A model generated the notes under the pieces. It ran no database searches, was not told the DNA's origin, and saw only the letters and a list, made by a program, of their open reading frames with translations. From Takakia lepidozioides (taxonomy: Eukaryota > Plantae > Bryophyta), in the NCBI GenBank assembly GCA_030704615.1, contig CM060734.1, positions 43,710,001-43,774,000 on the forward strand: a DNA stretch of 64,000 nt, given 5' to 3'. The position numbers were made by a program, and so were the translations under genes. Below, piece by piece: positions 12,522 through 27,100 of this stretch; the first letter of the stretch is position 1; each line of letters begins with the position of its first letter.

Positions 12522-13611
12522 TGTCTTATAACGATCGAATTATTTCATATAAATTCCAGCTCACTTATGGTCAGATTGAGCGAGGGTTGGGCGAATTCTG
12601 ATCTGCCACGTAATCCATGTTGTGTCAGCGGGAGTCAGCAGTGTCGTCGCGGTGGTCAAGGTGGGGCAGACAAAGATAGCGAGGCATCGTGCGAAGGGTT
12701 TGCTTGTGGAGAATCCCGAGCGATTAATTGGATGCAGCGATCTATTCTTATTACCTCGGACCGGATTCTGTGCCTGCATTCTGATGCTTGCCTGCCCTAC
12801 CAGCTTCTGGAGGTGTTGCTGTGTCGAGGACGAGGAGAGAATTCTCTCCGGGGGGGTATTGATAATCAAGAATCGTCACACTCTTGTTGGAAGAGAGTAG
12901 CACTTCGTAAAGATTGCAGTCTGCTGATATGAACGGCTACAGAGAGGTGGACACAGTATAAATAGTACGGAGAGTGGATTAGTTTGTCCCGTAAGGGTTG
13001 GTGATAGTGTTATTGGTATTGCATAACGAGGTTGTGTTCGCAAATAGAGGCTGACAAAGTGGCAAGAGGATGCCTAGAGGGAGAACGGCTTTCTTTATCT
13101 AGAAGGAGTGTTTGTGTAACCAGCTGAAGGCGGCCTGAACTATGCTGACACTGATGGGAACACTGCATTGGAAGGTCTATTCAACGAATTTGAGTTGATA
13201 ATGAGCTCATTAGATTGTGCGTGGGTTAGCCTTCTGGCCGTTGACCCTGTTGACGGAGCGGAAAGGCTACAGCAAGAGAGGTTTTTACTCTGAGAAGACC
13301 TTTACCAGCGGCCGAAGAAGTTGTTCTTCTGAGTCGAAAGGTACGTGGCTCCTCCACAATTTGGAGAGAGAGAAAGGCAGCAAGAACGTAGTTTAGAAGA
13401 AGACTCAGCCTTTATAACTTCTCTTTCTTTTTGCGACAGAAGCTTAGAGAGCTAAGCAGATGCTTTTCTGGATAGGTGAGAAAGAGAATGAACATCAACC
13501 ATTGGCCAATATAGTCATGTTACATTGATCACGTACAATGAGTAGCGTGCTGTATACCGCAAGGATAGCACGGAAGTGCAGCTTAGGTTTTTGCGCGAAG
13601 TGTCTGTGACA
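12522..13611 (-). mobile_element. Possible solo LTR
   Basis: Bounded by TGTC...GACA, with a minus-strand TATA-like element (TTATAAAGG at ~13410) followed by a CT-rich tract. No target-site duplication found. Confidence 0.25.
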
Positions 13612-15129
13612 ACTGTTTTGTGTGTGCTGCTAAAAGTTGGAGAACTTTTGAAGATTTCTCCTCCTAGCTCTCTATCTCCTTTAGAAGATTTTTAAAGACT
13701 TGTTTTCTTCTCTCTTCCATCATTCTCTTCTCTCATTTGGGGACTGCTTTCAGTTCCATTTCTTGCCAGTCTTTCCACTCTCTCTCTCTCTCTCCCCCTC
13801 TCTCCCTCCGTGCTTGTGTGTCACGCACAGACATTCATGAGCTCCCTGATCTCTGCCGAGGTTTTTTGTTCAGCTTCTTTGTGCTTCACCTCCATCTCCC
13901 GTTGCTCTTTGGGATGGCGGTCAGGATGGACCAGGACAGCGGATGTAAGATGAATTGTGACTGTAGTGCTTTTCTATGAGATTTCCAGTGAAGACTTTCA
14001 CAGGGAAGGCATTTCTTGCAAGGCCAGAAGAACTTGCTCACTATTATAGACAAGGGGCATGGCCACCAAGTGGAAGAAAAGGAATCAGGGAACTGAGCTC
14101 TGAAGCTGGGGACTTCAACATTTCCTGGTTTCTATTCTAGAGACCAGGACAGTATACAAGGTACTGTTTTACCGAGTACTGCCTACACAAGAGGGAGCTA
14201 GGTGAGAAGAAAAGGCATGGTCCTTCGACTAGAGTAAGTTTGCCACTGCAGGAAAGACAGATATATTCCACCCTAAGTTTGTGGGGTTGTCAGCTAGATG
14301 ATAGTCACAATCCTGTAATAGGATGCATTGAGTGTTTGGTGGACCCCCTCACACAGATGCATCAACAGAAGTTTCCAAACTTTTCACTGCCTTTGCCACA
14401 TCTGCATGAGTTTTTGCAAAGGTTTATTTATGATAAAGGGGCTGCTTGTTGGTGGTAATTTTGTATCGGTCCTCAGTTACATATCCTTGGAGACTGTTCT
14501 TGCTTTTTACCCTCTGAAAGAAAGTTCTCAACAAACCCTAATATCTTCATGGATGTTAGAGCCGAAAACTGAGGAGGAAATTTCCAATTGACCAGCAGTG
14601 GGTGACTCGTAAGCAGGCCTGAATTTGTTGAATGCCTTGTTGGTTAGGGTGCTGTGTTATCAAGCAGGTCTAGGAAGCAGGAAGTCATCTAGGAAGTCCT
14701 TCGGCAAGGCTGCGCAGTCGGGGAGCTTACATTGATTAGTTCTGATTTCTTTAGGTTTTTCAGGCTGAACCTATTGCATAAGCTAGTCCGTAGGTTCCAC
14801 TGCTCCCTGATAGGCACAAGGAGAATATTTCTCTTGCTCATATCTCCGCCCTCCTTTGAACAAACCAGTAGGTATCTGAATTTCAGAAGGTCTAAACTTC
14901 GCATCACTGTCACTGTCAGTCATGAGTTCTTGGCCTCAACCTTTGTGGCAATTCAACATTTTAGGTTAGTACAGTCCTCCCCGTGCTTAGTTTGTCCTAA
15001 GCAAGAAACGTACAATCACCTTCATTTCTCTTTCAGCTATTTTAGTCCTCGGTTTGTTGTTTGTGCCTGTCCTCTTTTCCCAGAAGAGGTCAGTGATTGA
15101 GCACATCTTTCTTGACCTAGTAGCAGGGA

Positions 15130-18100
15130 ATGGGTGAAAATTCTTTGAGCGGGCAGCGGTTCAGGCGAATCCCACATCCATACTCTGGACAGGCCTCAGA
15201 TCTTGATCCTTTGGTATGCTCTGGCATCCTCTCACCTTTTTTTTGCTAGTCCGTCCATCTGTCTGATTGTCCTGCACTGTTTCAGTAGCTTACTGTTGTC
15301 TAAAGCCAAACCCTTAGGTTTAGGAGGTCTTCTCATATAGGATTGTATCTAGGTGCCTACCTTATCAGTGCCCACCCTCTGTTGATTATGTCATGTTACT
15401 TGAAGGCAGTTGTCAAAGAAAGAAGATTCTTAACATATGGGTGCTGCAAAGTTGGGGAACAAACCCATCATAGAATGTAGCAGTAAGCACAATGCGTTTG
15501 TGTAATTGGTTGGCCTTTTGAGGGTGTGCAGTTGAGTGGCAATTTGGATCCATGGCCCCATTTGAAGGAGCTGGTGCAAAGCTACACTGCAGATTGGGTG
15601 AAAGATGAGGGCAAGTATGGGCATTATGAGAGTGTGCTGCCTCCGTTGTTTGAAAATCAGACCTTTGAAGGACCTGATACAGATGTAGAGACAGGTATGG
15701 TGCAGATACGAGTTCAGTTTCACTATGACTGGCCTTGAGGGTGTAGTAGCAAGTGATACTATTTTTGAGATTCTGAGAGAGAACCAAAATGTTGGGGGAA
15801 AAACAGACACAAGGGAGAGAGGGGTCGAGAAGAAAAGGAATCATGATTCTGGAGGGCTGGTGAACTGAGGGAACAGAAGAACAATGACAGTCTTTTTGGC
15901 GCTTTCAAAAAGTCTTTCAGAACAGTACCCATGCAAATGCATCAGAAGTTGTTTGTGATCCTCACATTGAAGTTCAGCTTGGTGCACAACATGGGAAGAA
16001 CATTTATTGTAGTCCTCAGGTCCCACTTACTAACCAACAGCTATGAGTAGTTTCGTTTGATGCTTCAGCTTGTTCACATTTGAGGAATATATCATTCACG
16101 ACTCCTTCCACTTGCTTCGCTAGTTTGATGGCAATTCTAGCTATGGACTTTCTGTAGCCCTCTCACGTGCAATGTCACAATGTTAGAAGCTGTCTGGATT
16201 TGATCAAAGTATTGAAAAGGGCTAGCCTGTTTTAAATATACAGGTCTTCACTTAGCAACATTAGCACTCTCCTTCCATTTGGAGTGCAGTTCCAGTGCTG
16301 CTCATTGTCTGATTACTGAACACTCGCTGACTCCTGTCCATGTTCACAGAGTTGCGCCTTTCAAATGTTAGGCATGGGAGGAATGGGGAGACCACTGACG
16401 ATGAGGAACCTAGCACTTCTGGGAGATACTCTGGGAGGTATTCTGGGAGATCTACTACAAGTGATCTGGAAGTGCAGCACCTCAAAGCCCCAAAGGTTGG
16501 ATTGGAGTCAATTTCGAACAAGTCTTGTCAACTTGATACTCTGAAGGGACACTTTTGGAATTAGAGAATGTACTCATAAGACGTTGTATGCCGTCGACTT
16601 GTGGCCATTGACCCCGTGCCCAGTTTGAGCGGAACACAAAGGGACAGAAACTTTGTCAGGGACTGACGCTGTTGGAAGTAGCGAGAGAGAGAGAGAATGT
16701 ACTCGTAAGACGTTGTTTGCCGTAGCCTTGTGGCCATTGACCCCGTGCTCAATTTGCGCGGAACACAAAGGGACAGAAACTACCTTTGTCAGGGGCTGAT
16801 GCCGGTAGTATGACGGTAGTATGCTGGTAGTAGAGAGAGAGAGAGAGACAAAGACAGAGAATGTACTCATTAGACATTGTTTGCCGTAGCCTCGTGGCCA
16901 TTGCCCCCACGCTCAGTTTGAGCAGAACCGAGAGAGAGAGAGAGAGAGAGAGGGGGGGAGGAGAGGTGCGTACCATTTGTGTAGCAGGTTCTCGTTTTTG
17001 GCTTCTGGATAGAAGACGTAAGGTATCTCTTTACGAAGGGTGCCTGCATGTTTGATGCAGCATTATGGAGGTGCCCCCTTACCTGCGTACGAGCCTGTTT
17101 TCAACTGGCGAGCTAAGAGAGCCACTATATTTGGTCAGAGAATACCAGAGCAACCATCATCACTATCTCCCAGGTTGATCTCCTCCTAGGATTAGTGATC
17201 AATACGCCTAGTAAGGTTTGTGGGCCTGTCTCAGTAGCCTAGAAACAGACTGAAGAATTCTTTGACTAGCAGAGGTGAGTAATGGGTAGATAGGGATCCC
17301 ATTGACAACCTGTTGGTTCCTTCTTTGTACTTGGTGGGGTGTACGAGGGAGTCAGGATAGCAAAGTTTGCTTGATCATTGATCTAGGAGTTGAATATGAC
17401 CAAAATTGAGCTCATGGGTCATGTTTCTAGAACTAAAGCAGTGCTGGGCCTACTTTAAATATCTCCCGTATTATGATCAATGGGAGAATGTGTGTCAAGC
17501 TTCGGCATATTCTGTGTCCTCTCTCTGGAGCTGGTTTACTGAAAGTCTAGATTTGCAAGTGCCCATCAAGATTTATCCTTATTTCCGTCAGTCACCTGAT
17601 ATCTGTACTCCGTTCCTTATGGAATGACTGGCTGCAGGGGTGGGCTGAAGATATCTGTGAGGGTTGTGTCACTGGTTATACAGGCTGGACTAGTTGGTAA
17701 GTCTCCTGCACTGAAACTGTGCTGGTAGTCCTTTGAAAGTTTCCAGGATCTTTAGTCTTTAGATCTAAAGTGCGTAGTGTAGGGATGCTATGTTTGTTAC
17801 GTTACACTCATCGGCCTTGTTTAAGCCTTACTAGACTTGCACGCGCAGATCAAAGCAGGAGAGAATTTTTCAATCTTTTCTTTATTCCCTTTACATCCTC
17901 TAACCAGGAAAGGGAGAGCAAACCGTAGGCCCTCTGGGCCACCCCCCCCTGATGCAATCCCTTTCTAATCTTCTCTGCTAAACTGGGCGCGGGGTCAAGG
18001 GCCACAAGGCTACGGCAAACAACGTCTTATGAGTACATCCTGTCTTGGTCTGTGTCACTCACGGTTTTACACTCACAAAGTTTTGTTGGTAACCTTTTCC

Positions 18101-21100
18101 AGAACCTGTATATGGTACGCTGTGCTTATATAATAGAGAGAGACGTGAGAAGCTGTCAGAGGACTTCCACTTTCGGTGCCTGCCTTTGGAGTTTCAAGAT
18201 GTACGATGCCAATCCAACCCTGTTCTGTGTTTCCTCGTGTGATTTGGAGAAAGAGCACTTCATAATTCAAGCCATCATTGTTTGTGGTCGTGTTCTGATG
18301 TTAGTGAAGAGCATCTCAATCATTTGTCTGGATTGAGCTATATTCGGAAATGGGGAGTTTTGATATTAACTGCATGGCAGGAGTCAGGTGGGTCCCAAAG
18401 GCGAGCTATATTTTCACTTGATGCAGCATCACCATCGATTTGTTTGCTAATCCAGCTGGAAAAGCATGTGACTGAAGAGGGGGGTGTCACGCCCTCTGTC
18501 TATACTCGCAAAGAGCCTGTGAGTTTTGATACTCGGACCTCTGTTCCCTTTGCTGTTGCAAGACATTCCTGTGTGTCTTGGTTGTAGGGCTTGTCTGTGT
18601 GTGGGACAGAAAATGGTGGGGAGGGGGTGCTGCAAATCTTAATCTCTTATCGGCACTCTAAATATTGAGACAGACTTTGAGTGTACCTAGGCATGATGTC
18701 TTCGTAGCTCAGTGGTAGTCTTAAAGTAAAATATGTTGTGAGGTGTGCAGGTCCACTTAACGGAAAAAGAAAAGCAGAAGCTGCAGGTGTGGGCACGTGT
18801 AATGCCTTTCAAAGAACCGTTTGCATGGGCAGTGGTGCCGCTGTTTGATGCAAGCATCACAGGGGGAGTGGGAGGTTTCTCGTCTCCTAGCAGCCCGCTC
18901 CCTCCAGGGCTCTTGGAATCATCCTTGATGGAAGCCTCGCTGGATATGGATGGAAGACTTATTGCAGATCCAAAGCAACCTCAGGAGTCCACCAGTGTGC
19001 CTGTCCTGGTTGATGTACCAGGCCTGAATCGCGTGAAGGAAAACTATACTGAGGAGATGCTTCAGGTGGGTTAACTCATCCAGTTGTAAACTTGGGCCTG
19101 TATTTCAGTCTTTCTCTGTCTTTCTTCAAAGATTGCTCTTACTGGCATGTGACATACTCAACATTGAATCTTTGTTTCTGGTTTTGTCTTCTGAAGATCC
19201 CTCTGAAGGATGGAAATTGTTCCAGATATCAGTTTGGAACCAATTTTTGTGCAACTTGCAGTTCCTCATCCACACACAACTGTGACAACTAGCACTTTCA
19301 CTAGCCCAATAGCAGAATTGTTTACTGGGAGCATTTATATGGCAATATCCATGGAGATTAATCCACATAAGAGTTGTATTGCTCTTGCCCAACACCAAGT
19401 AACTTGTTTCCCTCCAGGATCCTAAGCGCAAAGTTCACAAGCCTGTGAAGGCCACTCTTCGTCTTGAGATTGAGAGGCTGTCAGCTGAGGACCACGAGGT
19501 GGATACACTCTCTGAGTGTGGCAGTTTCAGCAACGGGTCAATAGATGGCGACGGCCGCGCGGCAGAGGCCGCCATGCCGAGACGATCCAGTCATGGGTTT
19601 GGTTTTACAAAGGCAGTGTACAATGGACGTCCCAAATGGAGCCCTGTAGAGAAACAGCGATATGTACATTGTGCAAGTGGAAGCAGCATTGAGTTTGGAC
19701 GATCTGATGTATGTGGGACTGAACTTATGTGTTGATTTTGTGCATCTTTTAATCCTTGCCACTTACTCTTCTTGGCCCATTTCCCTTTTGGAAAATAGTC
19801 AGGAAGGAGCATTACTTGGATATGATTTTTTGATCCAAACCTCTGATTGTGGATTCTGCATTGGACTTGAACACCAAATAATCTGTGAAGGAGATTTGCA
19901 GTCTGGTAGCAAACTAGGTGGTTCCATCTGAAATGGAGAGGAATTTCATGAAACCTAATGAAGATGTGCTTCTGTTTTATGTCATTTCCGGGGTTCATGT
20001 TGCTGCTGCATCTTCAACCATCTTGATCTGTGACTGCTTTGTAAGTGGTTGCACCGGATTCTGACTTAAAAGTAATTTACTCTATGGACATGTGGCAGTT
20101 TCGGGCAGTTGAATTTCGAACAACTACAAAGTATGAGGCTGTATCACAGCTGTTGCACTGCTTATATATTTATCCACAGTCAGTCAACCTTAGCCGAAAG
20201 CGCAATCTCTTCATCCGGGTTGAGCTTCGCAGGGATGATGCAGATATTCGGAAGGCTCCCTTAGAGGTATGGTGCTTAAAATGGAGAAGACGAAGACAAG
20301 GTGTATTCCATGGGAGTTCCAGAGATCCCCTGGGGCATAGAGAGGCAACACAACACATACATAGAGTCAGAAAAAGAGAACGGATAACATCCAGTGAAAG
20401 CTCAAAGAGCGTATTTATGGAGAAAAGGAGGATACAAGAAAGAACGTGGGGCCCTCAACAATCAGCTCAAAAACTAATTCAATGTTGAGAGATTCCCTAT
20501 GGTGGAGAGCCTTCTGCAATGAGAGGGAGAGAGGGAGCCTATTGTTTTTTCCCCTTAAAGATTGGTACTTTGGTCATGCAACTAAGCCGCCAAGAACCTC
20601 TGGTTGTCAAAGCTCATGGTGTCAGGCAAAAAGAGTGTGAGCCTTTAAAATGAAAGAAACCAAATGAAACTTCAGTACATCCATGGTGAGGCAAGAGCCC
20701 ATGGGGCAAAAAGAGAAAGAAAGGCAAAAGGAAAGAAATTCATTTTGTCCATGTGACCTCGAATTGGCCCAGGACAGAGTACAACACTCTAGAGAGTGAG
20801 GCCTTCTTCTCCCACAAGTCTGGATATTTTTGCCGCTGAAGTCTGAGTGAGCTAGATGGTCTCATCTGATGCTTGCTCGCTAGGGTGTGACCTTATGTAG
20901 AATGGTAGCAAATTCACTTTCGATTGTCCAGCTGTAATGGTTTGCAAGCCTGTGAGAATATGCCGAGGTGGAACAATATCATATTTTGACGCTTATTGGA
21001 TGGTTGGAATGTGTGCAAAGGGATTGTGATCCCATTTGTGGAATAGTTGAAGCAACGAGGGTGTGTTGGCCATGACGAAGTATGTGTTTTCCTTAACAAT

Positions 21101-24100
21101 CCTCACTGTTTGCAGGCACTGTACCCCATTGATGCCGATAGTCCCATGCAAAAGTATGCTCTTTCTCAAATTGATATTAATACACGAACACCCCATTACC
21201 ATGACGAGTTCAAAGTGCGCCTCCCTGCCATTCTTTCTCCACAAGATCACCTCTTATTCACATTTTTTCATGTGGATCTCCAGATGAAACTGGAGGCACC
21301 AAAGCCGGTAATAACATTTTTTCTCTTCAGTGTCATGGGTGGTGGATGTCTTTTGGTTTCTGCTGCAAAGGTCTGGTCTTTGGTTTACTTTCATACCGTT
21401 TTCTAACCTTTCCTTGTTTTGATCCATGCTTGATTACATGGGTGTCCTTTTTTGCACAGATAGGCTCAACTTCGTGTTCACAACCATAAATCCAGTGTCT
21501 GGGAGGCTTCCTCTTCCATCTACTTATGGCACAGTTTCTGCTGGTTGGCAGGTGGTCGTTGGATATACCGTACTTCCCTTGTTGTATGGAGTTCAGTATG
21601 TGTCCTCCTCCTTGGCTGTCGCAAGTATTGCGTTTCTTGTTTGCTTCTGTTTCATTCACTTCAGGATCGTCCAGACACATTATTTGTTTTGGCTCTCTTG
21701 CATAGGAAAGATACTTCTACTGGATTCCTGACTATAGTCTCAAATTACTTATCAAGCTTACCTTAAGCGGGTTTTTATTGAAATCTCTGTTGTTGAGAAT
21801 ATCTATCAGATAAGCAAACACACCATAACTATGCTTTTCTTGCCCTTTCGTAGCTTGGGTCTTGTCTCTGCCGTCAGTTTCTGGAGAAGTTAAAATGCTA
21901 GGCTGGCTTTCACGTAGCATGTTACTCTGTTATATTCAAGCTCCAGTTGGCAGGAATGGTTAATTTATTGGAGTATTTTTGGCAGGGTGCTACGGTTAGA
22001 TGGTAGCCTTCCTATTGTAAAGGAGCTTCTTCCTCATTATCTGCAAGAGTCTGTGAAGGTACAGTGGCTTATAGGAACAGAGAAAGATACCGGTCTTTTA
22101 CATTGGTTCATGTAAGTGAGGATTGTATGGGTCCCAAATCTACTGTGGATGGGTGCGTTCAGGATGGGTACTTGTGTGTTATGGACACTTGGAATACTAG
22201 AAATATTGAGCTACTGATATCTAAGTGAATGATTAGAGGTGAACTGGAGATCTTTAGAGGTCGACAACCTCAGAAGCAATTAACACGTGAGGGCTATACC
22301 TTAGGGTAAGGTCCTCTTGCAGAGGAGGCAAACATAGTCAAAGAGTCTTTTGTCTAGTGCCTCTGAAGTTGTGAAACATAGTGCATGTTTTTTTTCTAAA
22401 GATTCTACAATCCCACATGACAACCAGTTAGTATTGCAGAATTGCTTCAAGGAATAGCATAAGAATGAAATTTGTTGCAGTTTTACCTGCTTCTTTCTGT
22501 AATATTTGTAACTGGTTGCAGGAAAGGATGGAATATTTAGAAGATGGCAGAAGTGTTTTCAGACTACGGTCGCGGTTGTACTCCTCCTTGTATCCAGTGA
22601 ATGAAAAGATACGAGATTTCTTTGCTGAGTATGATCGCCACATCTTGCAAACTAGCCCCCCGTGGGGATCTGAACTTATGGAGGTCTGATTCTGCCCCAT
22701 GACCAGTGGTCACATCTGGCCCTTAGACTAGGATAGAGAACCACATACATGCTAGTGGTTCGTGAAGATGTGTAAGCTTATCAAGTGACTAGTCCTTTTA
22801 TAACATGTCATCCGGTTCTCTGAGTGCCGAGATGCCCTTTGTTTTCTTGGGCTTGAAGTGGTGGAGCTTGTGTAGGCTATCAATAGCTTGAAGAATGTGG
22901 AGCCAACACCAATGCTGCAGTTTCTGCAGCCTATACTCAATATGCTTCTTCGTATTATTGGTGATGGAGGCGAGACCCTTCAGGTAACCTTTTTCTTTAC
23001 CCCATTTCTTTCTTCTAACATTGCCTGCTGCTTCTTTTTGTGGGTCGTTGAAGCTGAATGGGAACATGTGCTTATTGGGTGGGTGGAAAGGATAGACAGC
23101 AGGCCCCGTGTGGTACTTGGGGGGTTTTCTGTTGATTGTAAGGACATCAAAATTCCCTTCCCAGTAAAAGCTGGTTATAATTGTTGGAGCATTCTATTCT
23201 CAGGTGGCTGCATTCCGTGCGATGGTCAACATCATAACAAGGTAGTCGTCTCAGTTGACCCCGGTGTTTCTATGTAGGTATTTTTTGTGTTTGCCCAGAT
23301 GGCTGCGCTCAGTCCTTGTTCCTTCCGTCTCCTACTTCAGTCACCATGGTTTCTTTTGGAAGTAGGTTCAAGTGTGCAACACACACAGCATATTACTGTT
23401 GTTCCATGAAGTTGATGATCCAATGTGCAGCTCAAGTCTATTTGCTTGTAGAAACACAAAGGCAGTCGGGGATGTTCCAGAGACCTTCATTCATGATTTG
23501 TTGCTTTGACTATCTTGAGTTCGTGTGTGTTGTACTTATGGTCGGAATGTGCAGGGTGCAGCAAGAATCATCAGATGGAGGTGATCGCAACAGATTTCTT
23601 GTGCAGTATGTCGACTTTGCCTTTGATGATTTTGGAGGCCGCCAAGATCCAGTTTATCCAGGCCTTTGCAGCGTTTGGCGCAGCCTCGCGCGCAGCAAAG
23701 TGCTCTTCTCACCTCCTCCTAAATCTATTGTAGCAGCTAGTATAAATGTGTTATTTGAAGAGAAGATGTACACCGTGGCAACTAGGTTCCTTCCATACTT
23801 ACTGTATTCTGTGCCAAGGTACAGATCTTGTTGGCTCATTTCTTCAGTGTGCCCTTGTAGCCAGATTCTCTATGTTTGACAATTGAGATTGGCTAATGAA
23901 TATTTTGCGACCTCTGGCTGCTCCGGTCTTTCTAGGCAGTTTTTGATATTACCTACTACGGGCGTCAAAAGTACGGGTTGATGGGAGAAAAGAGAATGCT
24001 GTTGTGGACTTGGATGACTTTTGAAAGAGATAGGTGTAGTTTTTGGCTGGTTATGGAGTGCCCCTTTCTTGAATGCAGGCGAAAGGCTACAGGGTTGGCC

Positions 24101-27100
24101 CCGTGTATGATGACGTTTTGTCCATGGCATGGGTATTTCTTGAGCTCATTGTCAAGTCCATGGCGCTTGAACAGTCCCGCACGTATGCTGACAATCTTCC
24201 GCTTGGTTGGTTGCTACTTACTCCTCATATCTGTAGTGCCTTCTTCCACAGCATGTTAACATGTTGGGTGTGGGAGGGATTGCATATTCCACATGCATAT
24301 GAACTTAATAAGGTTTGAGTTTGTGAGCTGCATTCCATGGAATTCAATTGAGCGCCAAACTACAGATAAGCCAGGGTCAAGCTCAAAATTTCACGAGTGC
24401 CATAGCTTTGTGTTGTAAAAAGCGCTGGAACAATAATGCTGCTGCTGTCTGGTGTTGGGCCTGCTGGACTCAGTTGCAGGACTTCAGATTGTCAGTTACT
24501 AATAAGGTAAGTAAGTAGTCAAGAATAATAACCAGTTACTAACAAGGTATGTAAGTAGTCAAGAATAATGACCAAAGCATTGTTTTGTAGGTGAGGAGCT
24601 GCCACCATTGCAGCTAAACGATGAAGTGTTTAAGAGTATTGGGCAGCTGTATGATTGCTTGCTAACTGAGGTTCATGAGCGCTGCAAGAAGGGGCTCCCT
24701 CTTGCCAAAAGGCTGAACAGCAGTCTAGCCTTTTTTTGCTATGACCTTCTCTCTGTTGTCGAGCCCCGGCAAGTATTTGAGCTGGTATGCTTTCATATGG
24801 GGAAAAAAGACCCCATGTTGCTTTTCTTAAGATACATTTTATTTGGAACTTGTTTTGACATAGGGTACAAATGACCTTAGAAAGTGGACAGTATACTATA
24901 TTTTCAGCTGAGGTGTTACCAGGTTGCACATTACTTTATAGTTAGATCATGCTTTGCCACCACAAGGATACACATGTTTAAAGGACCTGACACTTCTTCT
25001 GTTTACACTCTTTTAGGTGGCAATTTACGTCAACAAGTTCACAGGGGTTTGCCAAACTGGGCTGCATGAATGCAAGCTCAACTTTTTACGCATCATTTGT
25101 GATCATGATCTCTTTGTTGAGATGCCTGGCCGAGACCCTTCTGAGAGGTAGGTACTGCTATGGATCTTATGAAACACTTTTGCTTGTTTTATATGGGGTA
25201 GGTCACAATGAAATTGTTTCTGTGTTTGGACTTCGCTTACATACTAACTGAACTGACGTGGAAGAGAGGGACACCAATTCACTCAACCACTGGCCCTTGG
25301 GGGTTGGCCTCCTTTGATAGATCTTTTCAGTTTCAATGAGGAGCTGTTCAGTTTTGTTTCCTGCGTAGTCCCTCTGTCTGTACTTGGCAACTGGTTGTTT
25401 TTAACAGGCGGTTTGAATGGCAGGAATTATTTAGCATCCGTGTTGATGCAGGAGCTGTTTATCACATGGGATCATGAAGATGTGATGATGAAAGCCAAGG
25501 TGATTAGTCACTTCCTTGTGTTGATAAGTTGATAGGTGCGCAGTGGAAGGCTATATTTCCACCCACTGCATCAGTAAGCACTAGGTTAATATCACCCTGG
25601 TCAGCGATTAGCCACAATGTGTCATTGACAGAACAAATGCATGTGGTAGCCTTGTGAGAACTATTATACTCAAATGTTTGAGATTGACCTTGTTGCCAAT
25701 TTGTTTGTCTTTCAAAAAAGAACCTCTGGCCGTTGCTGAAGGACAGTGCCAGCAATAATTGTGCCAAAAGTCGATCCATGATATTCACTTCCATGCTCTA
25801 GCTGCACACTTTTGCGTATCTGGCTAAAGCCTTACTTTAGGTGAATGGTACACCAGACCTCATCCTTAGTTACACTTTGCGTTAACTAGCGGGAAGTGAG
25901 TTGTTACCTGCAGCTTACTTGTTGTACACTGGACTTATTGGTGGGGATGATAGGCGGCACGGATTTTGGTTGTTCTTATGTGTAAGCATGAATATGATGC
26001 ACGCTACCAAACATTGGATGACAAACTTTACATTGCGCAGCGCTACTTCCCTCTTGTTGGTCTGGTAAGCCCTGAAGTTTGTTTGAAATGTGAAGAGTAG
26101 GCTGGGGCAATGCAAGTCCATGCGGAGATATCCAAGACATTGGGCTTTGTATGCTAGTGCAAGCATAGTATTTTAGGATGCCTTGGAACCTTGTTTATTG
26201 GGGATTTATGGTTTTTGTATGTAGACTCATCGCGTGTCAGAAGTTCATTTAAGTTGATTGCCTTTGTTGCATAATGACAGATATTGGACGAAATGCCAGT
26301 GTTCTACAACTTGAGTGCCTCAGATAAACGCGAGATCTTGGTGTGTGTGCTTCAAATCCTGCGCAACCTGGACGATGCATCACTCATCAAAGCATGGCAG
26401 CAGAATGTAGCTCGCACAAGGCTTTTCTTCAAGCTTCTAGAAGAATGTCAAGACCTCCTTGAGGTTGGGCCTATCCTCTTCAAGTTTAAGTCAAGTTGCT
26501 TAAATTAGCTTCACTCTTAGGGAACGTGGTGCTGGCATCATCATACCTTCTGAGCTTTGCTCTTCGTTCTTTTGATTTTTGGCAAGTTGATTAGTCATGG
26601 CATCGTCTCAGTCTTTCCACCTGTCTTAATTTGTGCAGTACAAGAAGGCAGGGGCCGATGGTTTGATGGGGGCTATGCCTGCAAGCGAGCAACGGGAGGG
26701 CCCTGTCCGATATTCCGAAAAGCTTTCCCCGGCCATCAACGGGTTCCTTGCAGAGGCTTCACGACAAGATGTCAGAGTATGTTCACCATGGGGTCTCAAG
26801 GGTCCTTTCTCTGCCATCTTTTTAATTCTTTGGGGTGCCTTCAAGATATCTTGCTACTTTCCCGGTCAGCTATGAGACCATGTAACAGTGAACATCTATA
26901 TTTTTGCTGCTTACAGAAGTTTTTGTGGTGTACAGTGGATAGTGCCACAGGTTACACCGGAGTCGACTTCTTTTTGGAAGAGGGTGAGCCCACACTCCAA
27001 CTCCCCGAGTCAGCCTCACTCCTTGAGGGAAGCCTTGGCACAGTCACAATCGGCCGGAAAGGGAGGCTCCAACCGAGCACTTCGCGAGAGTTTGCATCCC

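Noticed and set aside
16415-16450. SGRYSGRYSGR 12-bp tandem repeat in SPK1 exon 3
   Set aside because: An in-frame micro-duplication in a variable linker; unlikely to be significant.
16563-16960. CRISPR-like array or ribozyme in the tandem repeats
   Set aside because: Units are ~110-160 bp with microsatellite linkers rather than unique spacers, the context is a eukaryotic intron, and no complete hammerhead core (CUGANGA...GAAA) is present.
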